Of a stretch of DNA of 24,000 bases, positions 6,883 to 14,603 are shown piece by piece. The first letter of the stretch is position 1. Each line of letters opens with the position of its first letter. Under the pieces are notes generated by a model. That model searched no databases. It worked only from the letters and a program-made list of their open reading frames with translations, and had not been told where the DNA came from. Both the position numbers and the translations under genes were made by a program. This DNA is from Dehalococcoidia bacterium (GTDB lineage Bacteria; Chloroflexota; Dehalococcoidia; SZUA-161): NCBI GenBank assembly GCA_014874385.1, contig JACWAE010000035.1, positions 1-24,000 on the forward strand. The letters are read 5' to 3'.

Positions 6883-7601
6883 TCGGCGACATGCTGACTG
6901 TGATGTGGAAAGAACGGAAAAGCTTGTTCCGCCATAGGGGCAGCAGGTTGAGAGCCGTGTTCAATCTGCTGATACCTGTCGGTCTAGTGGCTGTCTATTT
7001 CCCTTTGGGCGAGGGACGTAACTGGGTGAGCAGCCCTGTAGCTCTTTTCGCTCTTATTATACCCATGCTGCTGGTGGGCACGACGGTTCCTGATGCCTTT
7101 GCCGGGGAGCGAGAGCGGCATACGCTGAGTACGCTGCTGGCGAGCCGCCTGCCGGATCGGGCTGTCCTGTTCGGCAAAATCGCTGTGGCGGTGGCCTACG
7201 GATGGATAGTGACGCTCATAGCTATACTGTTGGGGTTGGTGACAGTAAACGCAGCGCATTGGCAGGGGCATGTGTTGCTCTACTCACCTGCTATAGCCGT
7301 AGCAGACATAGTGTTAAGCTTTCTGGTGGCAACGTTTGTTACAGGCGCTGGAATACTGATTTCACTGCGGGCTGCCTCGGTGCAGGAGGCCCAGCAGCTT
7401 CTGGTGACTATTATGTTGATTCCCCCCATAGTTCTGGCAGTGATATTGACTGCCTTTCATAAGCAGGTAGCAAGTGCTCTTGGGGGAGTCAGCTTCTTGG
7501 AGGCCGTTCTCATAGCGATGGGTGTTCTCATTGTAGCGGATGCACTCTTGCTTATGGTAACTATGGCGCGTTTTCAGAGGGCGCGGCTGATTCTGGGTTG
7601 A
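6879..7601 (+). CDS. ABC-2 type transporter permease
   Basis: 240 aa with about 6 predicted TM segments. Its start overlaps the ATPase stop (ATGA at 6879-6882). Confidence 0.75.
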   Translation: MIGDMLTVMWKERKSLFRHRGSRLRAVFNLLIPVGLVAVYFPLGEGRNWVSSPVALFALIIPMLLVGTTVPDAFAGERERHTLSTLLASRLPDRAVLFGKIAVAVAYGWIVTLIAILLGLVTVNAAHWQGHVLLYSPAIAVADIVLSFLVATFVTGAGILISLRAASVQEAQQLLVTIMLIPPIVLAVILTAFHKQVASALGGVSFLEAVLIAMGVLIVADALLLMVTMARFQRARLILG

Positions 7602-7639
7602 GATAGAGGATGGAATCGAGTTTTTGGTCTGCTGGACAA

Positions 7640-7663
7640 GGGCACAGCGCGCTGTGCCCCTAC
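7640..7663. repeat. GTAG...CTAC hairpin repeat (GGGCACAGCGCGCTGTGCCC core, left arm degenerate); probable terminator
   Basis: A 20-nt perfect palindrome at 7640-7659 is followed by CTAC and a T-rich tract, 39 nt after the permease stop. Its core is identical to the copy at 18837-18864. Confidence 0.6.
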
Positions 7664-7710
7664 TTTCTTAGCAGTAATATAATGCAGGCATGGTGTAACG
7701 GAGGTCAGGA

Positions 7711-8136
7711 ATGCTGAGCTGGGAGAAGAAGCTGGCTGGTATCGATGTCAATCAAAGCGAGTTCCCCATGTGCTTTGCCTGCGGCAAGGATAACCCTGTC
7801 GGGCTCAAGCTCAAGATTGTGAAGAACGGCGACGAGGCCAGGGGCGAGTTCGTCATCAGCGAGTTCTACCAGGGGTGGCGTGGGTATGTCCACGGCGGCA
7901 TCATCTTCACGATCCTCGACGAGGCCATGGCTTACGCATATTTTCCGGAGATAAAAGGTGTTACCGCCAAGACCGAGGTCAGGATAAGGCAGCCTGTACC
8001 GATTGGAGTCCCGCTGGTGGTCACGGGAAGGGTGGTCAAGAAGACGAGGAAGCTTTTCACCACGGCCGCTGAGATAACGCTTGAGGATGGCACAGTCCTG
8101 GCTGAGAGCACGGCCCAGGTGTATGTTGTGAACTGA
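7711..8136 (+). CDS. PaaI/4HBT-family hotdog-fold thioesterase
   Basis: 141 aa. The motifs CFACGKDNPVGLKLK and GYVHGGIIFTILDEAMAYA are typical of PaaI-type thioesterases. SD GGAGG lies upstream. Confidence 0.75.
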   Translation: MLSWEKKLAGIDVNQSEFPMCFACGKDNPVGLKLKIVKNGDEARGEFVISEFYQGWRGYVHGGIIFTILDEAMAYAYFPEIKGVTAKTEVRIRQPVPIGVPLVVTGRVVKKTRKLFTTAAEITLEDGTVLAESTAQVYVVN

Positions 8137-8162
8137 AATGATGTATGCTTCCAGGGTAGCCT

Positions 8163-8194
8163 GTATGAGGGCGGGTTTGAAACCCGCCCTCTAC
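8163..8194. repeat. GTAG...CTAC hairpin repeat, GGGTTTnAAACCC subtype; probable terminator
   Basis: The sequence is GTAtGAGGGCGGGTTTgAAACCCGCCCTCTAC, 27 nt after the thioesterase stop. The arms form a 12-bp perfect stem. Confidence 0.6.
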
Positions 8195-8286
8195 TATTAT
8201 CTATAGTTGACCTATTGACAAAACTATGCAAATCGTATAGAAAGGTCGTATCTTAAATTACCTGAAAAAGTTGGTAGTGGGGAGGT

Positions 8287-9060
8287 ATGATGGTTAGTGA
8301 GGCGATGAGTCAGGCAGGAGCTGTAACTCCGGTACAGCAAAGCAGGTTGAGGCGAACCAATATCTCGCTGGGTTTCCTCCATCTGGCGCAGGGCATTGTC
8401 ATATTTATACTGGGCTCCGGTTTCAGCGCGCTGGTTACTGCATCGTATATAGGCTCAAGTGTGGAATACAGGTATGAGCCGCGGATATTGCTTGCGGTAT
8501 TTCTGTTCATCTCGGCGTTCTGTCACCTGCTGGTTTCGCTGCCGAAGGTATTTCCCTGGTATATCAGGAACCTGGGCAGGCATATCAACTACGTGCGCTG
8601 GTATGAGTATTCGCTTAGCGCATCGGTGATGATTGTGGTGATAGCCTCACTGTGCGGGATCACCGATTTGGTGAGCTTGCTGGGCTTGTTTGTTCTCACC
8701 GCAGGTATGAACCTGTTTGGTCTTATGATGGAGCTGCATAATCAGTCTACTGAAAAGACTAATTGGACGGCATTTGTCTTTGGGAGCATTGTTGGGGTCG
8801 TGCCCTGGGCTGTTATACTACTCTATTTCGTAAAGGCTACACCTGCACCGCCCATGTTTGTGTATGCCGTAGTTGCCTCTCTAATGTTCTTCTATGCACT
8901 GTTTCCACTGAATATGTGGCTGCAGTATGCCCGAAAAGGCCGCTGGAGAAACTATGTCTGGGGTGAGTACGGGTATATGTTCCTCAGCCTGACCGCTAAG
9001 TCGCTGCTGGCATGGCAGGTGTTCGCGGGTACGTTAAACGCTGCCTCATGGCTGCAATAA
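8287..9060 (+). CDS. Heliorhodopsin
   Basis: 257 aa with 7 TM segments. The motifs RWYEYSLSASVMIVVIASLCGITDLVSLLGLF (Glu107) and GEYGYMFLSLTAKSLLAWQVFAGTL (Lys238) closely match the heliorhodopsin 48C12 sequence as I recall it (RWVEYSLSSSVMIV..., SLVAKSALAWQIFSGTL). SD GGGGAGG lies just upstream, and the ATG at 8290 is an alternative start. Confidence 0.85.
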   Translation: MMVSEAMSQAGAVTPVQQSRLRRTNISLGFLHLAQGIVIFILGSGFSALVTASYIGSSVEYRYEPRILLAVFLFISAFCHLLVSLPKVFPWYIRNLGRHINYVRWYEYSLSASVMIVVIASLCGITDLVSLLGLFVLTAGMNLFGLMMELHNQSTEKTNWTAFVFGSIVGVVPWAVILLYFVKATPAPPMFVYAVVASLMFFYALFPLNMWLQYARKGRWRNYVWGEYGYMFLSLTAKSLLAWQVFAGTLNAASWLQ

Positions 9061-9220
9061 ACTGGATGGAGATGTGCAGCTTCTTGTGTACATATTAGAG
9101 CAAGTTTTTTAACTGTCCAGGAGACCCCGAGAATCGTGTCTTCTAACTTGGATGAGTGACATGTTAACGCCGATCTATGGCTCCTGATGTCACTGCTACA
9201 ACCGCCTGAGACGAATTCAA

Positions 9221-10057
9221 ATGAATGTTAAAGTAGTAACAGACAGCACCTCTGACCTGCCTGGCGCGGTAGTTCGCGAGCTAGGTATCACCGTGGTGCC
9301 GGCGCTGGTTCAGTTCGGAGATAAGGTGTACCATGACGGAGTAGACCTCTCCACTGACGAATTCTATCGTCAGCTGAGGACTAATCCAGTACTGCCCAGA
9401 ACCTCAGCGCCCTCCCCGGGCACCTTCAGAGACGTCTACAGCCGCCTTGCTCAGGAAGCTGAGGCTATTGTCTCCATCCACGTTTCAGCTAAGATGAGCG
9501 CCACTTACGATGCTGCGCGATTGGGTTCTGTAGACTTTAAATGCCCCATCTCAATAATCGACTCGCAAACAGCATCAATGGCCTGTGGACTGCTCGTCAT
9601 CCTCGCTGCCAACGCAGCCAGGGAGGGAGCATCTTTTTCAGATATGGAGGCGCTGGTACGCGCTGCCATTCCCCGTACTGTCACATTCGGAGTGTTCGGT
9701 ACATTGGAGTATCTTTACAAAGGCGGGCGTATCGGCAGGGCGCAGGTTTTCTTGGGCAGCATTCTCAAGCTGAATCCCATCCTGGCGATACGGGCCGGCG
9801 AGATCTTGCCCATCGCGAGAATACGTACCCGCTCCAAAGCTATAGAGCGTTTATGTGAAATATTACGAGATTCGGGCGTGCCTCAGGACATGTCAGTGAT
9901 GAGCACCACAGAACCTGAGGAAGCGGAGGCCCTGGCCCAACGCCTGTCCACTCTGTTTCCCCAGGAGCGAATGTATCGCGCCAGCATCGGCCCAGCCATG
10001 GGGACCTATGTGGGACCGGGTGCCGTCGGGGTTTCAGTAATCTGGAAAGAGAAATAA
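9221..10057 (+). CDS. DegV family fatty-acid-binding protein
   Basis: The N-terminus VKVVTDSTSDLP is typical of the family. The 278-aa length and the motifs GTLEYLYKGGRIG and GPGAVGV are also characteristic. Confidence 0.85.
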   Translation: MNVKVVTDSTSDLPGAVVRELGITVVPALVQFGDKVYHDGVDLSTDEFYRQLRTNPVLPRTSAPSPGTFRDVYSRLAQEAEAIVSIHVSAKMSATYDAARLGSVDFKCPISIIDSQTASMACGLLVILAANAAREGASFSDMEALVRAAIPRTVTFGVFGTLEYLYKGGRIGRAQVFLGSILKLNPILAIRAGEILPIARIRTRSKAIERLCEILRDSGVPQDMSVMSTTEPEEAEALAQRLSTLFPQERMYRASIGPAMGTYVGPGAVGVSVIWKEK

Positions 10058-10072
10058 CCAGGGAGGTCTTCG

Positions 10073-10612
10073 GTGCACACCCAGCAGCTAACGCTCGGTT
10101 TGGTCAATGTAGTAGGCGGTATCCTGGTTCTGGGGAGCTACGCTCACGGGCTTATCACGCACCCTGCTAATCGTGATGCTATTTGGGGCGATGTGCCCGA
10201 GGCCATCAAGCCGCTATATACAGCGAACATGTTGCTTGCAGCGGCAGGCTATTTGGCTTTCACATATTTCGTCCTGTTCCGTTTGCATCCAGACAGTGCG
10301 CAGCTGGCAAGCCTTTCAGGCTACAAGGTATTCTATATAATTTACGCCCTGATACTCTTACCTTCTGCACTGTGGATGCCCCTTACCTACGCTTCACTGG
10401 GACACCCGGATAGCAGCCTATATTATTGGGCAATCCGCATCACGTTAGCAGTCGTGGGGCTGGCGTCATTGGGGCTGCTAGGCGTGTTGCTATCGTTGCA
10501 TTCCAGCGAATCATCACCCACATACTGGCTGGCAGTCGCCGGTTGTGTCTTCTTCTGTATTCAGACGGCCGTGCTCGATGCCATAGTCTGGCCTGCCTTC
10601 TTTCGAGTCTAA
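10073..10612 (+). CDS. Integral membrane protein, unknown family
   Basis: 179 aa with about 5-6 TM segments. It has a GTG start, with SD GGGAGG 7 nt upstream, and begins 15 nt after the degV stop. Confidence 0.6.
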   Translation: MHTQQLTLGLVNVVGGILVLGSYAHGLITHPANRDAIWGDVPEAIKPLYTANMLLAAAGYLAFTYFVLFRLHPDSAQLASLSGYKVFYIIYALILLPSALWMPLTYASLGHPDSSLYYWAIRITLAVVGLASLGLLGVLLSLHSSESSPTYWLAVAGCVFFCIQTAVLDAIVWPAFFRV

Positions 10613-10690
10613 TTGGGTACGCAACTGTTAGTGAGGAAGGGGACTGAATCGGCCTTTGCCTCGAGCAGGTGCTCCAGGCTACTAAGTGGG

Positions 10691-12220
10691 TCAGGCCCAG
10701 TCCCAGACCAGGTGGCCATCTTTTATAGTGTATTTCAGAAGGCCTTTATCGACCCACTTCGTGATATCTTCTTTGACCTGCTGATGTGAATACGGCACAA
10801 GCTCCGCCACTTTGCTTGCCAGAGCTTCTACCGGATTGCCTTCCGGTTTCATCGTGGCCAGGTTTTCGATTACATCGCCCTTCAGTATAGCTATCGATAG
10901 CGGGCTGCGTCTCTTCTCTTTAGCGGATTCTCCCTGAGATGCTCCGCTCTCTTTTTCCAGTTGGGCTAGGTATTTATTTAGTGCCTCGAAGTATTGCTGG
11001 AGGAAAGCGTTTATCTCCTCTGGTCCAGCATCTTTGGTACGCGTTAGTGGCCTGTTACAGTCGTACTTTGTCCAATCGTTCGTCAATATCTCTATCCCGT
11101 ATTCTGCTGCTTTCTCGCGCACCTCGGTCCCGGGGAAGGGTGACAGTACATTGAATCCGTAGGATGCACCAAGCCCCTGGGCGAACTGCATGGTCTGTTT
11201 CAGAGTTTCCGCGGTCTCGCCAGGCAAGCCTACAATGAATGATGCCAGAATGCCGATGCCTGCCTCCTTTGCCATTTTCACAGCATCCCGGACCTTCTCC
11301 AGGGTGATTTTCTTCTTGATAGTATCCAGAATCTCTTGATTCCCGCTCTCCACGCCGTACAGGAGCCAGGCGCATCCTGCCTGTTTCATCTTGCTGAGTA
11401 TCTCCAAATTCACGGTGTCTACCCTGGAAAAGGCGCTCCAGTTGAATTTCAAACCTCTGGCTATTATCTCATCGCAGAGGGCGTTGAGGTGCTGGTGATT
11501 GAGCGTGAGGTGATCGTCCTCGAAATTTATCTCTCTGAAGCCGGATGACACGGCTTGCTCTACTTCGTCGATTATGAGCTTGGGGTTGCGGTATCTGACT
11601 CTCCGGCCTCCCATCTTGGAGCCGACGCAGAAGATGCAGTTGAAAGGGCAACCTCTGCCGGTGAGGATGCTGGCATGTACGTCGAGGGCAAGATATCGCG
11701 ACAGAGGGAAGAGGTGTTTCGCAGGGGGGGGGAGTTCGTCAAGGTTCTCGATCAAATGGCGCTCCCCGGTCATTTTTATGCCATTGGCTTTATCTCTATA
11801 GGCGATCCCGTCTATATCGGCGAGCTTTTTGCCGCTCACGATATCCAGCATGGTTCTCTCGCCTTCTCCCCTGACCACAATGTCTATCCAGGGGGCTTCG
11901 GTAAGTGTTTCCACAGGGGCAAAGGTGACATGGGGACCGCCGATAATGGTGATAATATCCTTATCCACAGACCTGGTGTACTTGAGTATGTCGGAGGCGA
12001 TGGGGTAATTCAGCGTTACCGACGTTACGCCTACAATATCGGGCTGGTACTCTTCGAGCTTTTTCTTTATCTTCTCCTTGGAGTATCTTGATACCAGAAG
12101 GTCGAGGACCCGCACTTCATGGCCGCTATGTTCTAATACGCCAGCCAGATACGACAGCCCCATCGGCAGGATGGGAATCTCCGAAAATGGATATGGGGGG
12201 TTTACCAGCAGTGTTCTCAT
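10691..12220 (-). CDS. B12-binding-domain radical SAM protein with an extra C-terminal domain
   Basis: The N-terminus is a cobalamin-binding-type domain (MRTLLVNPPYPFSEIPILPMGLSYLAGVLEHSGHEVRVLDL). The radical SAM cluster motif is GRGCPFNCIFC (CX3CX2C). A tail of roughly 100 aa follows the core. The ATG at 12220 (SD GAGGA) is preferred, because the TTG at 12250 falls at the predicted transcription start. Confidence 0.8.
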   Translation of the reverse strand: MRTLLVNPPYPFSEIPILPMGLSYLAGVLEHSGHEVRVLDLLVSRYSKEKIKKKLEEYQPDIVGVTSVTLNYPIASDILKYTRSVDKDIITIIGGPHVTFAPVETLTEAPWIDIVVRGEGERTMLDIVSGKKLADIDGIAYRDKANGIKMTGERHLIENLDELPPPAKHLFPLSRYLALDVHASILTGRGCPFNCIFCVGSKMGGRRVRYRNPKLIIDEVEQAVSSGFREINFEDDHLTLNHQHLNALCDEIIARGLKFNWSAFSRVDTVNLEILSKMKQAGCAWLLYGVESGNQEILDTIKKKITLEKVRDAVKMAKEAGIGILASFIVGLPGETAETLKQTMQFAQGLGASYGFNVLSPFPGTEVREKAAEYGIEILTNDWTKYDCNRPLTRTKDAGPEEINAFLQQYFEALNKYLAQLEKESGASQGESAKEKRRSPLSIAILKGDVIENLATMKPEGNPVEALASKVAELVPYSHQQVKEDITKWVDKGLLKYTIKDGHLVWDWA

Positions 12221-12258
12221 ATTGTCCTCAGTCGAAGTTACTTTGCCCAATAGAGTAG

Positions 12259-12287
12259 ATATTAGGGGTCTGTGCTTAGATTGTCAA
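12259..12287 (-). promoter_or_regulatory. Sigma70 promoter of the radical SAM gene
   Basis: On the reverse strand the sequence reads TTGACA, the 17-nt spacer atctaagcacagacccc, then TAATAT. The -35 is at 12287-12282 and the -10 at 12264-12259. Confidence 0.55.
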
Positions 12288-12355
12288 CCTGATAGGGGCT
12301 GATGGCTGAAAGCCGATGCTGTTTGCTTGAGTTTGAATTTGTTCGGGATTCGAGC

Positions 12356-13114
12356 TCAGGGGTTTAGGCTTGTTTCTGGGGGCTTTTGTGGTTGGTCGTG
12401 GTTCAGGTAATTGAGCAGAAGGTTGTTGAAGTATTCTCTGTTCTTGGCGTGGGGAGCATGGCCATATCCGGGGAAGACCTCGAAGCGCACCCCTGGTATC
12501 AGTTGCTTGGCCTGAATAGCTTCTCTCAAGGGATAGTAGGGGTCTCGGCTGCTCCATATTACGAGGGTGGGTACCTTGAGCGTTTTTAGCTTGTCCAGGC
12601 ATCTCCAGTCTTTGTCCTCACCATCTTTTATGAGAAATCTAGGGTAGGGCTGCCGCTTTCCCAGGGCCCTGCGAATGCCGTAGGCCGCTGCGCCAAGGAA
12701 TGTTCCCCACCAGGCCAGTTTGGCGAATCCTACCGAATCGATGAGAACAATCCTGCGTACTTTTTCAGGGTGCTGGAGGGCTATCTCCAGGCATATCCTG
12801 CCGCCAAGGGAGTGGCCTACGAGGGCTAAGGGCGCTGAGTCCAAGCCCACAGTTTGTATGAAGTCGAAGATGAAGTCGACGAACTCTGACAAATAGTAGC
12901 CGGGCTTATCTCTGTCGGTCAAGCCATAACCCAGCATGTCGGGGGCATAGAGGCTGTAGGACTGGGAGAGGGTGGTCATGGTCTCTGTCCAGTCATTGGA
13001 ATCGCTGGCGCCGCCATGTATCAGAACTACAGGTGGACCGCTGCCAGCTTTCAGGTAATGCGCCTGACGTTTGCCTACCTTGAGCTCTAGACTTTCTATA
13101 TCGCTGTTAGCCAC
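12356..13114 (-). CDS. Alpha/beta-fold hydrolase
   Basis: 252 aa. The oxyanion region is LIHGGASDS, the nucleophile elbow is GHSLGG, and the C-terminal catalytic His lies in GYGHAPH. Confidence 0.85.
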   Translation of the reverse strand: MANSDIESLELKVGKRQAHYLKAGSGPPVVLIHGGASDSNDWTETMTTLSQSYSLYAPDMLGYGLTDRDKPGYYLSEFVDFIFDFIQTVGLDSAPLALVGHSLGGRICLEIALQHPEKVRRIVLIDSVGFAKLAWWGTFLGAAAYGIRRALGKRQPYPRFLIKDGEDKDWRCLDKLKTLKVPTLVIWSSRDPYYPLREAIQAKQLIPGVRFEVFPGYGHAPHAKNREYFNNLLLNYLNHDQPQKPPETSLNP

Positions 13115-13549
13115 TATATCGAATAATTTCTAGAAAAAATCATCGTGCACCTTGTTTAATAATAATACAATAAATCTTCTATGGCAAGAGCAATAGCAGG
13201 AGCTTTTAGTAACGTTTTTATCCTCGAATAGTACTCCCGGTTGGGGGTTCTCTTTTGGTACCTGTTCGCCTTTTGGGAAATATGCGGGCGAGACGGTGTC
13301 ACCTTTGAGGCATGACTATTTATCTACTCCGCCTAGTACTGGCTGGTGATTGTAGCAGTAGTGCGCAGTTGATACGATTGCTACCGATATGTATCTCATT
13401 GCTCGCAAAAGGTGCGAATTCTTATTCAATAATCGAATTAGTTCTCAAAATACGGCGGAGGAACAATAGAGTATCAAAATGGCTTCACAGGATAACAAAG
13501 AGCACTTTTCTATAGCGGAAGCCTGCATTGATACAAAGAGGGCAGTACA

Positions 13550-13828
13550 GTGAACAAAACAGCAAAGATGTCAAAAAAGAGATCGAACGGGAAAAAGTCC
13601 GGTGATAAAGCAATCATGACCTGTGACGAAGTTGCTGAATTTCTCAGGGTGCATGTCAGCTCTGTGAGGCGCTGGAGTCGCTGCGGTAAGCTCAGGGCCT
13701 ACAAGGTGGGAGGCCGCGGCGATTGGCGATATCGGAAACAGGACGTTTTGGCCTTCCTATATGATACGAGCTATACCGATTCGAGAGGTCAAGGCCAGAG
13801 GGAGGTGATAGGGATGATCAAAGCGTAG
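13550..13828 (+). CDS. Excisionase-family (MerR-superfamily) helix-turn-helix DNA-binding protein with a Lys-rich N-terminus
   Basis: MTCDEVAEFLRVHVSSVRRWSRCGKLRAYKVGGRGDWRYRKQDVLAFL matches the excisionase-type HTH pattern (TIGR01764-like). The GTG start has AGAGGG upstream. Alternative ATG starts are at 13568 and 13616. Confidence 0.7.
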   Translation: MNKTAKMSKKRSNGKKSGDKAIMTCDEVAEFLRVHVSSVRRWSRCGKLRAYKVGGRGDWRYRKQDVLAFLYDTSYTDSRGQGQREVIGMIKA

Positions 13829-13911
13829 GCCATGCATTTTCTCTGGCAGCCTGCTGTGCCACGAGCAGGCGTAGTGGGTAGTGGCATCAAACTGATAAGG
13901 AGGAAATAAGG

Positions 13912-14535
13912 ATGTTGAAAAGATTAGCAAAGACAATGCGAAGGGACGAGAGAGGCATCACCGGCCTGGAGACGGCGATCATCCTGATTGCCTTCGTGGT
14001 TGTGGCCTCCGTATTTGCCTACACTGTGTTGTCAGCAGGTATATTCTCGTCCCAGAAGGGGCAGGAGGCAGTCTATACCGGGCTGCAGACTGCGAGGTCC
14101 ACACTGGCACTGAAGGGCGATGTGGTTGCCGAGAGCAATGTAGGTAACACCACAGGTAACGCTTCTATCATCGAGCTGGTGGTCGACGTAACCAATGCTT
14201 TGAATGGCGAGTCCATCGACCTGACAGGACCGAGTAATGACGGCAATGGCACGGCTGCCGCAGGCAGTCAGAACGTGTGCGTTGTTTCCTATGCGGACAA
14301 CACTCAGCGCATTGACGACCTGTACTGGACTGCGACACAAGTGGCCAAGGGGAATGGTGACTTCATACTGGATGCCGGCGAGACCTTCCAGATGACGATA
14401 TACCTGACAGCGGTTCCTGGGGGCGTAGGTACCTATAAGACCTTCGATATAGAGATCAAGCCGCCCGTTGGCAGCGTACTGACTATCGAGAGGACGACCC
14501 CTGCCGCCCTTAGCGCCTGGATGATACTGAACTAA
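13912..14535 (+). CDS. Archaellin-like protein 1 (archaeal class III signal peptide / type IV pilin-like N-terminus)
   Basis: A strong SD (AAGGAGGAAATAAGGATG) precedes the start. A basic leader is followed by RG|[39 protein letters not shown]. This is very close to the crenarchaeal archaellin N-terminus as I recall it from Sulfolobus FlaB/ArlB ([37 protein letters not shown]). The beta-rich C-terminal domain ends [20 protein letters not shown]. Confidence 0.7.
   Translation: [207 protein letters not shown]
13948..14085 (+). repeat. Conserved N-terminal cassette, copy 1 (direct repeat with 14640-14777)
   Basis: About 138 nt are roughly 90% identical by eye to the paralogous segment. Most differences are synonymous third-position changes. 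Confidence 0.7.
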
Positions 14536-14603
14536 CGGTCAGGATATCAGAATTAGTTGGAGACTAAGTATCCAAAGAGGTAAGGTATAGAGGAGGCACT
14601 GAG

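Noticed and set aside
12221-12250. TTG start at 12250 adding 10 residues (MGKVTSTEDN) to the radical SAM protein
   Set aside because: The consensus promoter at 12259-12287 would place the transcription start at about 12252. The ATG at 12220 has an SD (GAGGA), and the usual MRTLLVNPP N-terminus starts there.
13312-13515. 67-aa ORF in the AT-rich gap
   Set aside because: It has no SD, a low-complexity Leu/Ile/Arg-rich composition typical of AT-rich non-coding DNA, and no recognisable motif.
13479-13553. A 24-codon upstream ORF (MASQDNKEHFSIAEACIDTKRAVQ) whose stop overlaps the GTG start of the HTH gene (GTGA)
   Set aside because: The nearest SD-like GGAGG is about 17 nt from its ATG, which is too far. 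The ORF is very short, and I cannot judge its conservation, so I do not call it as a gene.
13550-13828. Reading the excisionase-type HTH gene as evidence for an integrated prophage or ICE
   Set aside because: No integrase, att-like direct repeats or phage/conjugation genes accompany it. Small excisionase-family HTH proteins are also common stand-alone regulators.
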